IMG/VR virus record: IMGVR_UViG_3300026290_000001
Origin: a virus
Direction: 5' to 3' (one strand)
DNA: 64,000 nt
The notes beneath the pieces were generated by a model. The model saw only the letters and a list, made by a program, of their open reading frames with translations, was not told the origin of the DNA and ran no database searches. Numbering within the stretch: position 1 is the stretch's first letter; each line of letters begins with the position of its first letter. Positions 1-8,705 of the stretch are shown here, piece after piece. The position numbers and the translations under genes were made by a program.

Positions 1-224
1 CATATACAAGTTAATATTGGTATTAATGAGATATGGTTTAATATCTATGAATCGGAAGTATTGATAACTATTGATACAAAAAAGAAAGAAATTTACGTTG
101 ACTGTGAATTATCAAACCATCATTTAACTAGCAGTATGTTATACGAATTATATATGATTACTGAATTATTAGAAACTAAATGGGATGTGTTTGAGGAATT
201 ATTAAAATAGAAAGGAAAGGTAAA

Positions 225-896
225 TTGATTAAAGTAGAAAATATAGAAGTGTTCAATTTTCAAGGGGCTTTAAGGGGCATGCGGAATCCTTTAGAATCTT
301 GGGATAAATCAGATAGTTATTGGAATGACACTACTATTGAAAGTGTCAAAGATTTCATCATTGGTGAAAAAGATATGACACTTGCTTTAAAACTTATTAA
401 AGCAGGAAATGAACATGCAAAATTCATGCGTCAAATTTTTGTCTCAATGGATATTACTGCGCCTTTATATTGGTGGAAGGAAGCAGACACATATAAAATT
501 TCTACAGTAGCAAACAGTACATCCACTATGCACAAAATGGGCAGCAGACCATTAATTTATGAAGATTTTTCTTGGGATAAATTCTTTGAAACAAATTTAG
601 GTAATATTACTGATGAATATATCTACAACTCAATTGAAAAATACCGACAGGATACTTTATCTCACTTAAACGAATTGATAGAAATATGGCAGGAACGAAG
701 AGATAAGAAAATATGGCTGGCAATAATTCAAAACTTACCTTCTTCGTTTAATCAAATGAGAACTTGGACTGGTAATTATCAAGTATTAAGAAATATGTAT
801 TTTCAGAGACGTAATCACAAGTTAAAGGAGTGGAAAGATTTTTGTAAGGTGATTGAGGAGTTACCTTATAGTGAATTGATTATAGTGGAAAAATAA
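225..896 (+). CDS. ThyX-like protein (FAD-dependent thymidylate synthase fold suspected); canonical RHR motif not seen
   Basis: 223 aa, ThyX-typical size; C-terminal pattern LP..(12)..N.R.L...QRR resembles ThyX family; aligned region reads WWKEADTYKISTVANSTSTMH instead of RHR..S...S.RY; sits next to dNMP kinase and nucleotidase. Confidence 0.35.
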   Translation: MIKVENIEVFNFQGALRGMRNPLESWDKSDSYWNDTTIESVKDFIIGEKDMTLALKLIKAGNEHAKFMRQIFVSMDITAPLYWWKEADTYKISTVANSTSTMHKMGSRPLIYEDFSWDKFFETNLGNITDEYIYNSIEKYRQDTLSHLNELIEIWQERRDKKIWLAIIQNLPSSFNQMRTWTGNYQVLRNMYFQRRNHKLKEWKDFCKVIEELPYSELIIVEK

Positions 897-913
897 AAAG
901 AAAGGAAGAATAT

Positions 914-1444
914 ATGAAAATAATAAATATATCGGGCAAGGCGCAACACGGGAAGGACACAACGGCATTAATTTTAAAAAAGAAATTAGAATCAAAAAAT
1001 AAAAAAGTTATAATAACTCACTATGCAGACCTACTCAAATATGAAGCAAAACAATTTTTTAATTGGGACGGAAATAAAGATGAAAAAGGTAGACAAATAC
1101 TTCAGTATATGGGTACTGATGTAATAAGAAAAATAAATCCTGATTATTGGGTTAATTTCATTAAAGAATTTATGTCAATGTTTGAAAATGAATGGGATTA
1201 TGTAATAATTCCTGATTGCAGGTTCCCCAATGAGATTGAAGTGTGGGGCATTGATAATTGGCCTAATGTATCGGTTAGAATTATTAGAGATAATTTTATT
1301 AGTAATCTCACTCCTGAACAATTAAATCATCCATCTGAAACTGCTTTAGATGATTATGAATTTGATTATTACATATTTAATTCTGATGATATAAATTATT
1401 TAAATAAAGAAGTAGATTATTTAGTTGAATGGCTGGAGGTATAA
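914..1444 (+). CDS. deoxynucleoside monophosphate kinase (P-loop)
   Basis: N-terminal Walker A-like ISGKAQHGKDT, size 176 aa, typical of phage dNMP kinases; RBS aaaggaag upstream. Confidence 0.6.
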   Translation: MKIINISGKAQHGKDTTALILKKKLESKNKKVIITHYADLLKYEAKQFFNWDGNKDEKGRQILQYMGTDVIRKINPDYWVNFIKEFMSMFENEWDYVIIPDCRFPNEIEVWGIDNWPNVSVRIIRDNFISNLTPEQLNHPSETALDDYEFDYYIFNSDDINYLNKEVDYLVEWLEV

Positions 1445-2002
1445 ATGAAAAGAAAGTTTTTTATTGATTTTGATAATACAATTATAGATACAACCAACGC
1501 TTTCTGCGCAGTTTATAATGAGCTTTATTGCGATCATCCTAATTTTAAAACAGCAGAACCAGATCAAGTTAAGGTTTACAATTTTTCTGACGAATGTCCT
1601 TTAGTTACAAATGTAGAAGAAATTTTTACTCATCCATTATTCTTTCAATTTGCAGAATTTATAAATCACAATACATATGAAACTCTAGAAAAATTAAACA
1701 ATAAATATCAACTTATAGTATGTTCAATAGGTTGGCCTAAAAACTTAGCATACAAGGCACGTTGGTTGGAAGAAAAACTACCTTTTATTAAAGACTATGT
1801 TCTAATCAGTAATCCTACATGCAAAATGAATAAGAGCATTGTAAATATGGAAGGTGCAATATTTTTGGACGATATACCGTCAAACTTATATAGTTCAAAT
1901 GCTGAAAGAAAGATATTATTTGGTAAGAGATATATTTGGAATAAAGAATGGGATGGAGAATGGGTAAGAAGTTGGAGTGAAGTTGAAGGAAGGTTTTTGT
2001 AG
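1445..2002 (+). CDS. 5'(3')-deoxyribonucleotidase, HAD superfamily
   Basis: N-terminal HAD motif I FIDFDNTIID, overall similarity to NT5C-type deoxyribonucleotidases; translationally coupled to upstream kinase (stop/start overlap ..taaATG). Confidence 0.65.
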   Translation: MKRKFFIDFDNTIIDTTNAFCAVYNELYCDHPNFKTAEPDQVKVYNFSDECPLVTNVEEIFTHPLFFQFAEFINHNTYETLEKLNNKYQLIVCSIGWPKNLAYKARWLEEKLPFIKDYVLISNPTCKMNKSIVNMEGAIFLDDIPSNLYSSNAERKILFGKRYIWNKEWDGEWVRSWSEVEGRFL

Positions 2003-2054
2003 AAGAATTAAAATAGTAATATAAATATATGTTTATATAATAAACATTATTTAA

Positions 2055-2390
2055 GATTTAGTTAAATTTAGTTATAGGACAATCATAGGTGTTCATAAGT
2101 TTATATGGGAAAATGGTGAACCATATAGACCAAATTATTTAAGTGATTTATTTAAAAAGACAGTTACTGATAATAATTTACCACCAATAAGACTGCATGA
2201 TTTAAGACATACATTCGCAAGTGTAGCAAATGAATTAGGAGTTGGATTATATGATATTAGCAAAGCATTAGGTCATAGTCAAATAGGTACTACTAGCGAA
2301 ATATACACACATATGTTTGATAAGACCCATAAGAAAACCATTAGTAAAGTTGCCGATGCCTTTAAAGAAACAGAAAAAAATAAGGAATGA
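2055..2390 (+). pseudogene. 3' fragment of a tyrosine integrase (C-terminal catalytic region only, no start codon)
   Basis: Open frame without ATG translating to ...IRLHDLRHTFASVANELGVGLYDISKALGHSQIGTTSEIYTHMFDK..., the conserved R-H-x-x-R...Y box II region of phage integrases; no N-terminal domain upstream. Confidence 0.6.
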
Positions 2391-2446
2391 TATTTCTACC
2401 ATTCCTTACATTCTTTATACATTTTTTAAAGTTATCCACAGGCTAC

Positions 2447-2461
2447 AAATCCCAATATATA
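2447..2461. repeat. 15-bp motif ATCCCAATATATAGG, copy 1 (second copy at 5035-5049)
   Basis: Exact 15-mer found on both sides of the lysis cassette; each copy followed within 50 bp by ATTTGGTTCAAAT or its reverse complement. Confidence 0.4.
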
Positions 2462-2512
2462 GGCATTTGTTTTTCTGAAAATCATGATAAAAACCTTATT
2501 TGGTTCAAATTA

Positions 2513-2872
2513 TTATCTAACTTGTTCTTTCCATGCATTTCCAAATTGCTTTTTCAATGTTTTTAAAGACGATTCAATTAAAATTTGAATTTCACTTTCA
2601 GTTAAAGCAATACCTTTTTTATTCAACATTTCCGATAAAGCAATAAATGCTTCTCTATATTTAGTTTGACCATCAACATCTTTAAAACTCTTTTGAACAT
2701 ATAAAACTGCAAGTCTAGCTAATTCTTGATTAGTCTGAATTTCATGATCAATCTTTTTAAGATTCTCTATACCTAATTTTTTCTTTAAAAGTGCAATTAT
2801 AAAATATGAAAAAATCAATCCTATGATATACATAATATTTAAAAATAATTCACTAATGATTTGATTATCCAT
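2513..2872 (-). CDS. putative holin-like membrane protein (lysis cassette)
   Basis: 119 aa, single N-terminal hydrophobic helix followed by charged C-terminal region; immediately downstream of endolysin. Confidence 0.35.
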   Translation of the reverse strand: MDNQIISELFLNIMYIIGLIFSYFIIALLKKKLGIENLKKIDHEIQTNQELARLAVLYVQKSFKDVDGQTKYREAFIALSEMLNKKGIALTESEIQILIESSLKTLKKQFGNAWKEQVR

Positions 2873-2892
2873 ATGTAACCTCCCTCTACCCT

Positions 2893-3609
2893 CTACTTCT
2901 TCAATTCTTTAAGTAAATATTCAACGGCATTATCAATTAAAACAGCACATTCTATTCGTGTAATACTACTATTAGGATCTAAAATCCCATCGCCTTTACC
3001 AGAAAGTATTTTCTTCTCATATAATCTATCTGCACTTTTTGCTCCCCAATGATCTTTAGGCAAGTCTTTAAAATACTTTGACATTTCTTCAATCACCTTA
3101 CCTTTCAACAATTCCTTCTGAACTTCATTTTTAAATTTATCCCATGTCCAACCTAAATGACCTGCTCTTATTAAACGTGGACAATTTTTTCCATTCCAAT
3201 CCCAATGCTGTCTTAATGATTCTACATTTTTATTTTTAGATTTTAATAATTCTGCCACAAGTAAAACTGCATTTTCTAATGTTTTTTGGTAATTCCCACT
3301 TTCACATATTTCAATTCCTATACTACGTCTATTACCAGCACCACTTCCTCCATCTCCTGCGTGCCAAGCATTTTCAAATAAAGGAATACATTCAATTGCT
3401 TGTTTTTCATCAATGGCAATATGATAACCTGTAGAAGATGTATTTGAAGGATTGGTTAAATAATCTCTTTCATTTCTTGCAGTAGATTTTGAATTCCCTG
3501 TGTTGTGAATAGTAATATATTCCCAATCCATTTTATATTTTGGACGTTTATTAGAATTCATAGGAATGTGATCTATTACATAAGGAAAAGGTAAATTAAA
3601 TTTACTCAT
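2893..3609 (-). CDS. endolysin: N-acetylmuramoyl-L-alanine amidase (amidase_2/PGRP-like) with C-terminal SLH domain
   Basis: Catalytic region HNTGN..YHIAID..WHAGDGG..SIGIE typical of amidase_2; C-terminus FKDLPKDHWGAKSADRLYEKKILSGKGDGILDPNSSITRIECAVLI matches S-layer homology (SLH) motif. Confidence 0.75.
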   Translation of the reverse strand: MSKFNLPFPYVIDHIPMNSNKRPKYKMDWEYITIHNTGNSKSTARNERDYLTNPSNTSSTGYHIAIDEKQAIECIPLFENAWHAGDGGSGAGNRRSIGIEICESGNYQKTLENAVLLVAELLKSKNKNVESLRQHWDWNGKNCPRLIRAGHLGWTWDKFKNEVQKELLKGKVIEEMSKYFKDLPKDHWGAKSADRLYEKKILSGKGDGILDPNSSITRIECAVLIDNAVEYLLKELKK

Positions 3610-3873
3610 TTATTTTTCACCACCTTTAACTAATCTCTCAATAAAGTCCGTTCCAGCATATCCAACGGTAATAAAAACTATCATTATCAACTTGCTTGTT
3701 TCAACACCTAGTAAGGCAATAGCAGTTATAGTCCCAATAGCACAACTTACCAATAAACTTATAAATATTTGAGGTAAACTTTTATTGTTATTTACAACCA
3801 TTCGTAAGACTTGACCTGCCATTCCTAAGATTGCACCTAGCAAAATAAATGATTGAACTTCAAAAATATTCAA
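3610..3873 (-). CDS. holin
   Basis: 87 aa, two predicted TM helices, charged C-terminus, directly upstream of endolysin and translationally coupled. Confidence 0.6.
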   Translation of the reverse strand: MNIFEVQSFILLGAILGMAGQVLRMVVNNNKSLPQIFISLLVSCAIGTITAIALLGVETSKLIMIVFITVGYAGTDFIERLVKGGEK

Positions 3874-3895
3874 TTTACCACCTCAGAATTAAAAA

Positions 3896-4192
3896 TTAAA
3901 TACTAGGAATATTGTCATTATCATCCAAAGTATTTATATCATTTATATTATTACTATAATCAGGTTTATCAGGCCAAGTATTATGTTTACTTAAATTTTC
4001 AAATAATGATTTTACACAATAAATTAATGTCACTCCGATTATTTGAATGACGATTTTTTCTGAAAGATTTTCAGCAATTTGTTCTCTTCCTAGAAAGGCC
4101 AATAAATAAGAAAGATAAACCCAAATTACGCTGTTAATCATTAATAAATAAACTATTCTTTTGCTAAATTCATCTATGTTAAATATTTTCAT
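3896..4192 (-). CDS. small membrane protein (lysis cassette associated)
   Basis: 98 aa with hydrophobic segments; position in lysis cluster. Confidence 0.3.
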   Translation of the reverse strand: MKIFNIDEFSKRIVYLLMINSVIWVYLSYLLAFLGREQIAENLSEKIVIQIIGVTLIYCVKSLFENLSKHNTWPDKPDYSNNINDINTLDDNDNIPSI

Positions 4193-4203
4193 AACTCACC
4201 TTC

Positions 4204-4428
4204 TCACAAACGTATTTGTTGATGACAACTTGGACAATGTTCAATAGGTGAAGCAGGATAAGTTATTATATAATAAATAACCCATAAAATTACTAATAAC
4301 CAAAACAATGGAGAACGAATAATAGTTGATAATATATTCCAAACTAAAAACAAGATACCTTGAATAAAAGATGTAGTTATATCTGTTATGTTATTAAAAA
4401 ATATATCTACTTTGTTTTTATATTTCAT
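4204..4428 (-). CDS. small membrane protein
   Basis: 74 aa, strongly hydrophobic core, C-terminal CPSC motif. Confidence 0.3.
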   Translation of the reverse strand: MKYKNKVDIFFNNITDITTSFIQGILFLVWNILSTIIRSPLFWLLVILWVIYYIITYPASPIEHCPSCHQQIRL

Positions 4429-4435
4429 AATCTAC

Positions 4436-5017
4436 CTACTTTAAAACCATACTTATCACTGCACCAAATCCCATAGACATTGCAATTATAAATAAATTCT
4501 TTAAAATATCTGATAATTTTATTTTATTATCACCACTTACTTCATCAATCTTCTTGCTTAATTTCTCCACACTAACTTCTGTACTGTTCATTCTATTGCT
4601 TAGTACGTCTAATGAATTACTGATCTTCGCTTGATTTTCACTAATTTCAGCAATCAATTTATCTCTTTTAATTCCGTCTTCTCTCTGTAATTTTGTGAGC
4701 AATTGGAGTTCGGACAAAACACTTGTAATATCATATATTTTGTTTGTTTGGCTTTCCAAATCATCTATACGGTGATTTGCCACCTTTATTTTTTCATCAA
4801 CATTCTTAAATACTTCGGCACAAATTTTTGGTTGTTCACATTCTTGATTTATGACCAATTCACAACACCATCCAATCTTTGTATTCATTCCTCCTTTGCG
4901 GTATAATGGGTACAAGGTAATTAATTTGACCGCAAAATTAATTACCATAACGAATAAGGCAGGATACCTATTTTTATCCTGCCTTATTTTTATTTTATTA
5001 AATTTAAAAAATCTCAA
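4436..5017 (-). CDS. XhlA-like coiled-coil membrane protein (lysis associated)
   Basis: 193 aa; central coiled-coil-like region and C-terminal TM helix (LFIIAMSMGFGAVISMVL) as in hemolysin XhlA-type phage lysis proteins. Confidence 0.4.
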   Translation of the reverse strand: MRFFKFNKIKIRQDKNRYPALFVMVINFAVKLITLYPLYRKGGMNTKIGWCCELVINQECEQPKICAEVFKNVDEKIKVANHRIDDLESQTNKIYDITSVLSELQLLTKLQREDGIKRDKLIAEISENQAKISNSLDVLSNRMNSTEVSVEKLSKKIDEVSGDNKIKLSDILKNLFIIAMSMGFGAVISMVLK

Positions 5018-5034
5018 AAAATCATTTTTAAGAA

Positions 5035-5049
5035 TCCCAATATATAGGG
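5035..5049. repeat. 15-bp motif ATCCCAATATATAGG, copy 2; forms hairpin ATCCC-AATATATA-GGGAT
   Basis: Exact match to 2447-2461; lies just downstream of the recombinase gene 5113-6117. Confidence 0.4.
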
Positions 5050-5112
5050 ATTTCTAAACCCGAAAATTTGAACCAAATTAAAGATTTGTTATGATACAAA
5101 ATAAAAACATAA

Positions 5113-6117
5113 TTATTGATAGAAATATTGAGTATAACTTTGTTGCTTGTGTTCAAACGTTTGTTTTGCGTAAATGCCCGTAGTTTGAATATCATCATGA
5201 CCTAAAAGTTCTTGTAATACCGACATTGGACAACCGTTATTTAGCATCAAGGTTGCGAAAGTATGTCTGAGCATATGGGGATGAGTTCTCTTGTCAAGCC
5301 CTGCACGTTTACCTATTGCTGCTATTTCTCGTTGAATACCTCGATTGCTTAATCTTCTATATTCCTGCCGTTCTGTTACAAATAATGCTTCACAGTCATC
5401 CTTACGACTTTCAAGATATTTTTTAAGGTAAATTGCAGCTCTAGCAGAATAGAATACAATTCGCTCTTTGTTTCCTTTGCCTAATACCTTAATCGTCCGA
5501 TTTGATTGTCCTATATCATCTTTATTTAGTGCCGATATTTCAGATAATCGACAACCTGTTGAATACATAATTTCAGTTAATGCTTTTTCTCGCAAAGTGA
5601 AACAACTTTCACGGAATAGTTCCAATTCTTCAATTGTTAATGCCTTTGCCATTGCTTTTCCCACTTTATAAGGTTTAATTCTAATCATCGGATTTTCTTC
5701 AATAATCTGTTCCTCACAAAGCCATTCAAAGAAACTGCGAAGTACTGAGCGAATTGTCTCAACAGTACTTTTAGCATTTACTGTTGGGTCGCTTTCCCGA
5801 TCATCCAGATAGTTAATTATGTCCTGCTTGGTTATTTCATTTACTGGTTTTTCTTCGGTTCTATCGGTAAATATTTTAAGATGAAGTCGATAATTATCAA
5901 TAGTTATTGGACTTAATCCTTGCCGTTTTTTATCCTTCAAAAACAGTTTTATGTTTTTCCGCAAATTATAATATTCTGGATCGCTGTTTTGTTTTATAAC
6001 TCTGTATTCATCAAGAATGGAGGCTAATTGATTTTTAGCCTCCATCTTATTCATGCCTTTTTCTATGATTCCATCTACAATTTTAGCATATAGCTCATAA
6101 TTGAGATTAGGGTGCAT
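5113..6117 (-). CDS. tyrosine recombinase (XerC/XerD-like integrase family)
   Basis: C-terminal catalytic motifs ...GCRLSEISAL..., HPHMLRHTFATLML, LGHDDIQTTGIYA; N-terminal SAM-like core-binding domain. Confidence 0.8.
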   Translation of the reverse strand: MHPNLNYELYAKIVDGIIEKGMNKMEAKNQLASILDEYRVIKQNSDPEYYNLRKNIKLFLKDKKRQGLSPITIDNYRLHLKIFTDRTEEKPVNEITKQDIINYLDDRESDPTVNAKSTVETIRSVLRSFFEWLCEEQIIEENPMIRIKPYKVGKAMAKALTIEELELFRESCFTLREKALTEIMYSTGCRLSEISALNKDDIGQSNRTIKVLGKGNKERIVFYSARAAIYLKKYLESRKDDCEALFVTERQEYRRLSNRGIQREIAAIGKRAGLDKRTHPHMLRHTFATLMLNNGCPMSVLQELLGHDDIQTTGIYAKQTFEHKQQSYTQYFYQ

Positions 6118-6385
6118 AGAATACCTCCTTTTATTTAGTTGTTACTGAAGGTTCATAGTCTACTGCGAAGTAACTTCTTAATACACATTTGCGAAGTCAG
6201 AAAACTTTTTAACCAATATCAAACAACCCCGACAATTTCTCTAACTTTTTCCCTATACATATTAGGCACAAAATCAATTATAATTCGCCCACTTTCTACT
6301 GCATATACCCACATTCCTAATATAGCTTCACTCATATCATTCATCTCCTTTTAGATTAAACAATTCGGTTCTTAACATATCGATT

Positions 6386-6616
6386 TCAGCCATCATCAAA
6401 GTGAGTAGAAGTGCTATTCCTTCTGCATCTTCGTTGAAAGCCAACTTCGATATAGTCATTCTTGTTGAACACTTGCTCATCATATTCCCAACCACTAAAC
6501 CCCTTCATGGCGTCAATATCTTCTTCCTCAATTCGCACTATATTCGTCCGAACATAGACTGTATCAGCATTCACTTCAATGGGCTTAACTGTTTCCTGTG
6601 TCCCTCTTATTCTCAC
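6386..6616 (-). CDS. hypothetical protein
   Basis: 76-aa ORF between fibre gene and recombinase in compositionally distinct (higher GC) block. Confidence 0.25.
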   Translation of the reverse strand: MRIRGTQETVKPIEVNADTVYVRTNIVRIEEEDIDAMKGFSGWEYDEQVFNKNDYIEVGFQRRCRRNSTSTHFDDG

Positions 6617-6691
6617 GCTTTATCACCTCTTTATAGTATTTTCCTTGATAGGCTTCTATTCGACCCATTCGACCAATTACCACTGTTATTA

Positions 6692-7843
6692 TTAAAAATA
6701 CACGAGGCGAGCGCCGATAACCGAATACTTTTCAGACTCCGAATAACCCACATGCAGCCGAAACGCCCCCGCCTTATCCGCAGCCGACCAATCACCACCG
6801 AAACGCGGCAAGCGCGAAACATTCAGAACCGCGGAATCGGGATAATGCGTGCTTTCGCTTCCGTTTGCTGTTTTGACGATAAAACCCGTTTCCGTACCAC
6901 CTTGTATGTCGTCTATGTAACCGACTATATTCGTTGTCGCACCCTGTCCGTAATTTGTATATCCAGAACCAATATCGTTAAAACTTTCATTGCCGATTAG
7001 GATGTTTCGGTCTGCATCACTAAATAATCCGTCAATCCAATAGTAAATATTACCCCAAAAATCTTCTATGCCACAAAATTTTAATTGTTGTTTTCCTGTA
7101 GTTTCACCATAGAACATACCTTTAGCATTTGTAGCACCCGTATTAACTTTGGCACTATTCCCATCGACATAACCTCTGCCTAAAGCAGTTTGCCAATCCC
7201 TACTCTTAAACATCACCGTACCTAAGACTTGCAACATTAAAAGTTGAAAATAAGCCATTTGGTCATAACCACTGCCATTCGCCTGTGCAATAGTTCTAAA
7301 TGCACCGATAGTTTCATAAGCGGTTGTTATTTTTCCGCTTAAACTTCTTAATTTAGAACCGTCAGAATATCCTAAATAAGCTGAAATGTAACACTTGGCT
7401 TTTTCGGTTGTACCCCTCATATGTGCTAAACATTTATACCCACTATCTACCTTTGCATTAGCATATCTTACATACAAGTCAGTCCCAATGGTTTCAAATT
7501 TCCACCAAATCTTAGGAAATTCAATCATTACGTCACCATCTGCACCACTTGTAATGTCTGCATTTGTCCCGTCAATTTTTTTAGTATAATCGTTTGGATT
7601 TAGATAGTATTGCACCACTCCATTTTTAAGTAAACATGGTTTAATCTGATTAAATGGAAACTTGTCTTGCCAACTACCATAAGAAAAATTGCCATTATTT
7701 CCTTGGGCTGGAGTAAAACCTATTGCATTATCTGTATAGGCTAAAGCAGTTTCGGGGTTGCTATTTGTAGTATCAATTTTGATGCCATATATTTTAGGTG
7801 GTGATTTTACTGGTTTTCTTTTCCTAATTAATGCCTCACCCAT
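6692..7843 (-). CDS. tail fibre protein, distal part; 3' third is GC-rich
   Basis: 383 aa, Gly/Asn/Thr-rich, contiguous with upstream fibre ORF; 3' segment about 6700-6960 has markedly higher GC than the genome. Confidence 0.5.
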   Translation of the reverse strand: MGEALIRKRKPVKSPPKIYGIKIDTTNSNPETALAYTDNAIGFTPAQGNNGNFSYGSWQDKFPFNQIKPCLLKNGVVQYYLNPNDYTKKIDGTNADITSGADGDVMIEFPKIWWKFETIGTDLYVRYANAKVDSGYKCLAHMRGTTEKAKCYISAYLGYSDGSKLRSLSGKITTAYETIGAFRTIAQANGSGYDQMAYFQLLMLQVLGTVMFKSRDWQTALGRGYVDGNSAKVNTGATNAKGMFYGETTGKQQLKFCGIEDFWGNIYYWIDGLFSDADRNILIGNESFNDIGSGYTNYGQGATTNIVGYIDDIQGGTETGFIVKTANGSESTHYPDSAVLNVSRLPRFGGDWSAADKAGAFRLHVGYSESEKYSVIGARLVYF

Positions 7844-8686
7844 TTACCTCACCACCTTTAGCTGAATTGGCAAACTAACTTCAGGTTTATCCATCGCATA
7901 TAATGTTATAGAATTATTAGCAGTTGTTACACGATAAATTTTACCCCACTCATTTACTCGTTCTTTATCTGTAGCAAATGTGCCACTCATTACTACGTCA
8001 ACTATAGGATTGTCATTTGACGATATTCCAGTTACCGTTTGCGTTTTCGTATATGGGGCTTCTGTACCTGTCCAAGTAGTATCAAGTGTTGTCGTAAGCG
8101 TAGCGTGATATACGTGTCCTAATTTACTTATTGTCGCACCATCTGCCAGATGGTTAGCAAACTTTTTCCCAACCCCACTAACCAAAGGTCTTTTATCGAC
8201 AATTATATTTACAGTTTTATCCGCATTTGTACTAATAGTACCAATTAATAGACTTCCATCTGTAATTGTTCCATCTATACTACTAGCAAAATTTCCATCA
8301 TTTTTAAGATATATAGTATAGGTTATACTGGCCGATACTGGATTAATAGTAAAAGTTGTATCAGATGTTTTAGTTATAGTATTTATTGTATTTCCACTAA
8401 ATGTTTCACCAGTACCACTAGCAATAACTATACTTAATGTATCTGTACCACTCGTATAAAATGCAGATTTTATTCTAAATGGACTATCCAATTCTAATGA
8501 ATTTAATAAAAATCTCGCATCTTTCCATGTTGCTCCTAAATCTCTAGGATCAGTACCACCTAAAGTAACATTTGCATCATCAGCAACATGGATAATATCT
8601 AAACCACTATATTTATTTCTAATTTCTGCTACTTGCTCATCTGTATGTATAGCAAATACTTTGCTATTTTTAATTACACAAATCAT
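7844..8686 (-). CDS. tail fibre protein (shares a module with 8706-10469)
   Basis: Segment TFTINPVSASITYTIYLKNDGNF...LLIGTISTNADKTVNIIVDKRPLVSGVG is paralogous to a region of the upstream gene. Confidence 0.5.
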   Translation of the reverse strand: MICVIKNSKVFAIHTDEQVAEIRNKYSGLDIIHVADDANVTLGGTDPRDLGATWKDARFLLNSLELDSPFRIKSAFYTSGTDTLSIVIASGTGETFSGNTINTITKTSDTTFTINPVSASITYTIYLKNDGNFASSIDGTITDGSLLIGTISTNADKTVNIIVDKRPLVSGVGKKFANHLADGATISKLGHVYHATLTTTLDTTWTGTEAPYTKTQTVTGISSNDNPIVDVVMSGTFATDKERVNEWGKIYRVTTANNSITLYAMDKPEVSLPIQLKVVR

Positions 8687-8705
8687 AAATTTATATCTCC
8701 CTCCT

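Noticed and set aside
225-896. Calling this ORF a bona fide thymidylate synthase ThyX
   Set aside because: The diagnostic RHR...S...S.R motif is not visible; only fold-level resemblance inferred, so left as ThyX-like with low confidence
4703-5057. Two short plus-strand ORFs (67 and 68 aa) antisense to XhlA-like gene
   Set aside because: Antisense to a coherent lysis-cassette gene, hydrophobic low-complexity translation typical of AT-rich shadow ORFs
6401-7000. 199-aa plus-strand ORF antisense to fibre gene and small ORF
   Set aside because: Lies in the GC-rich segment where stop codons are rare; overlaps better-supported minus-strand genes; no RBS or recognisable domain. Kept only as a remote possibility in the shufflon hypothesis.
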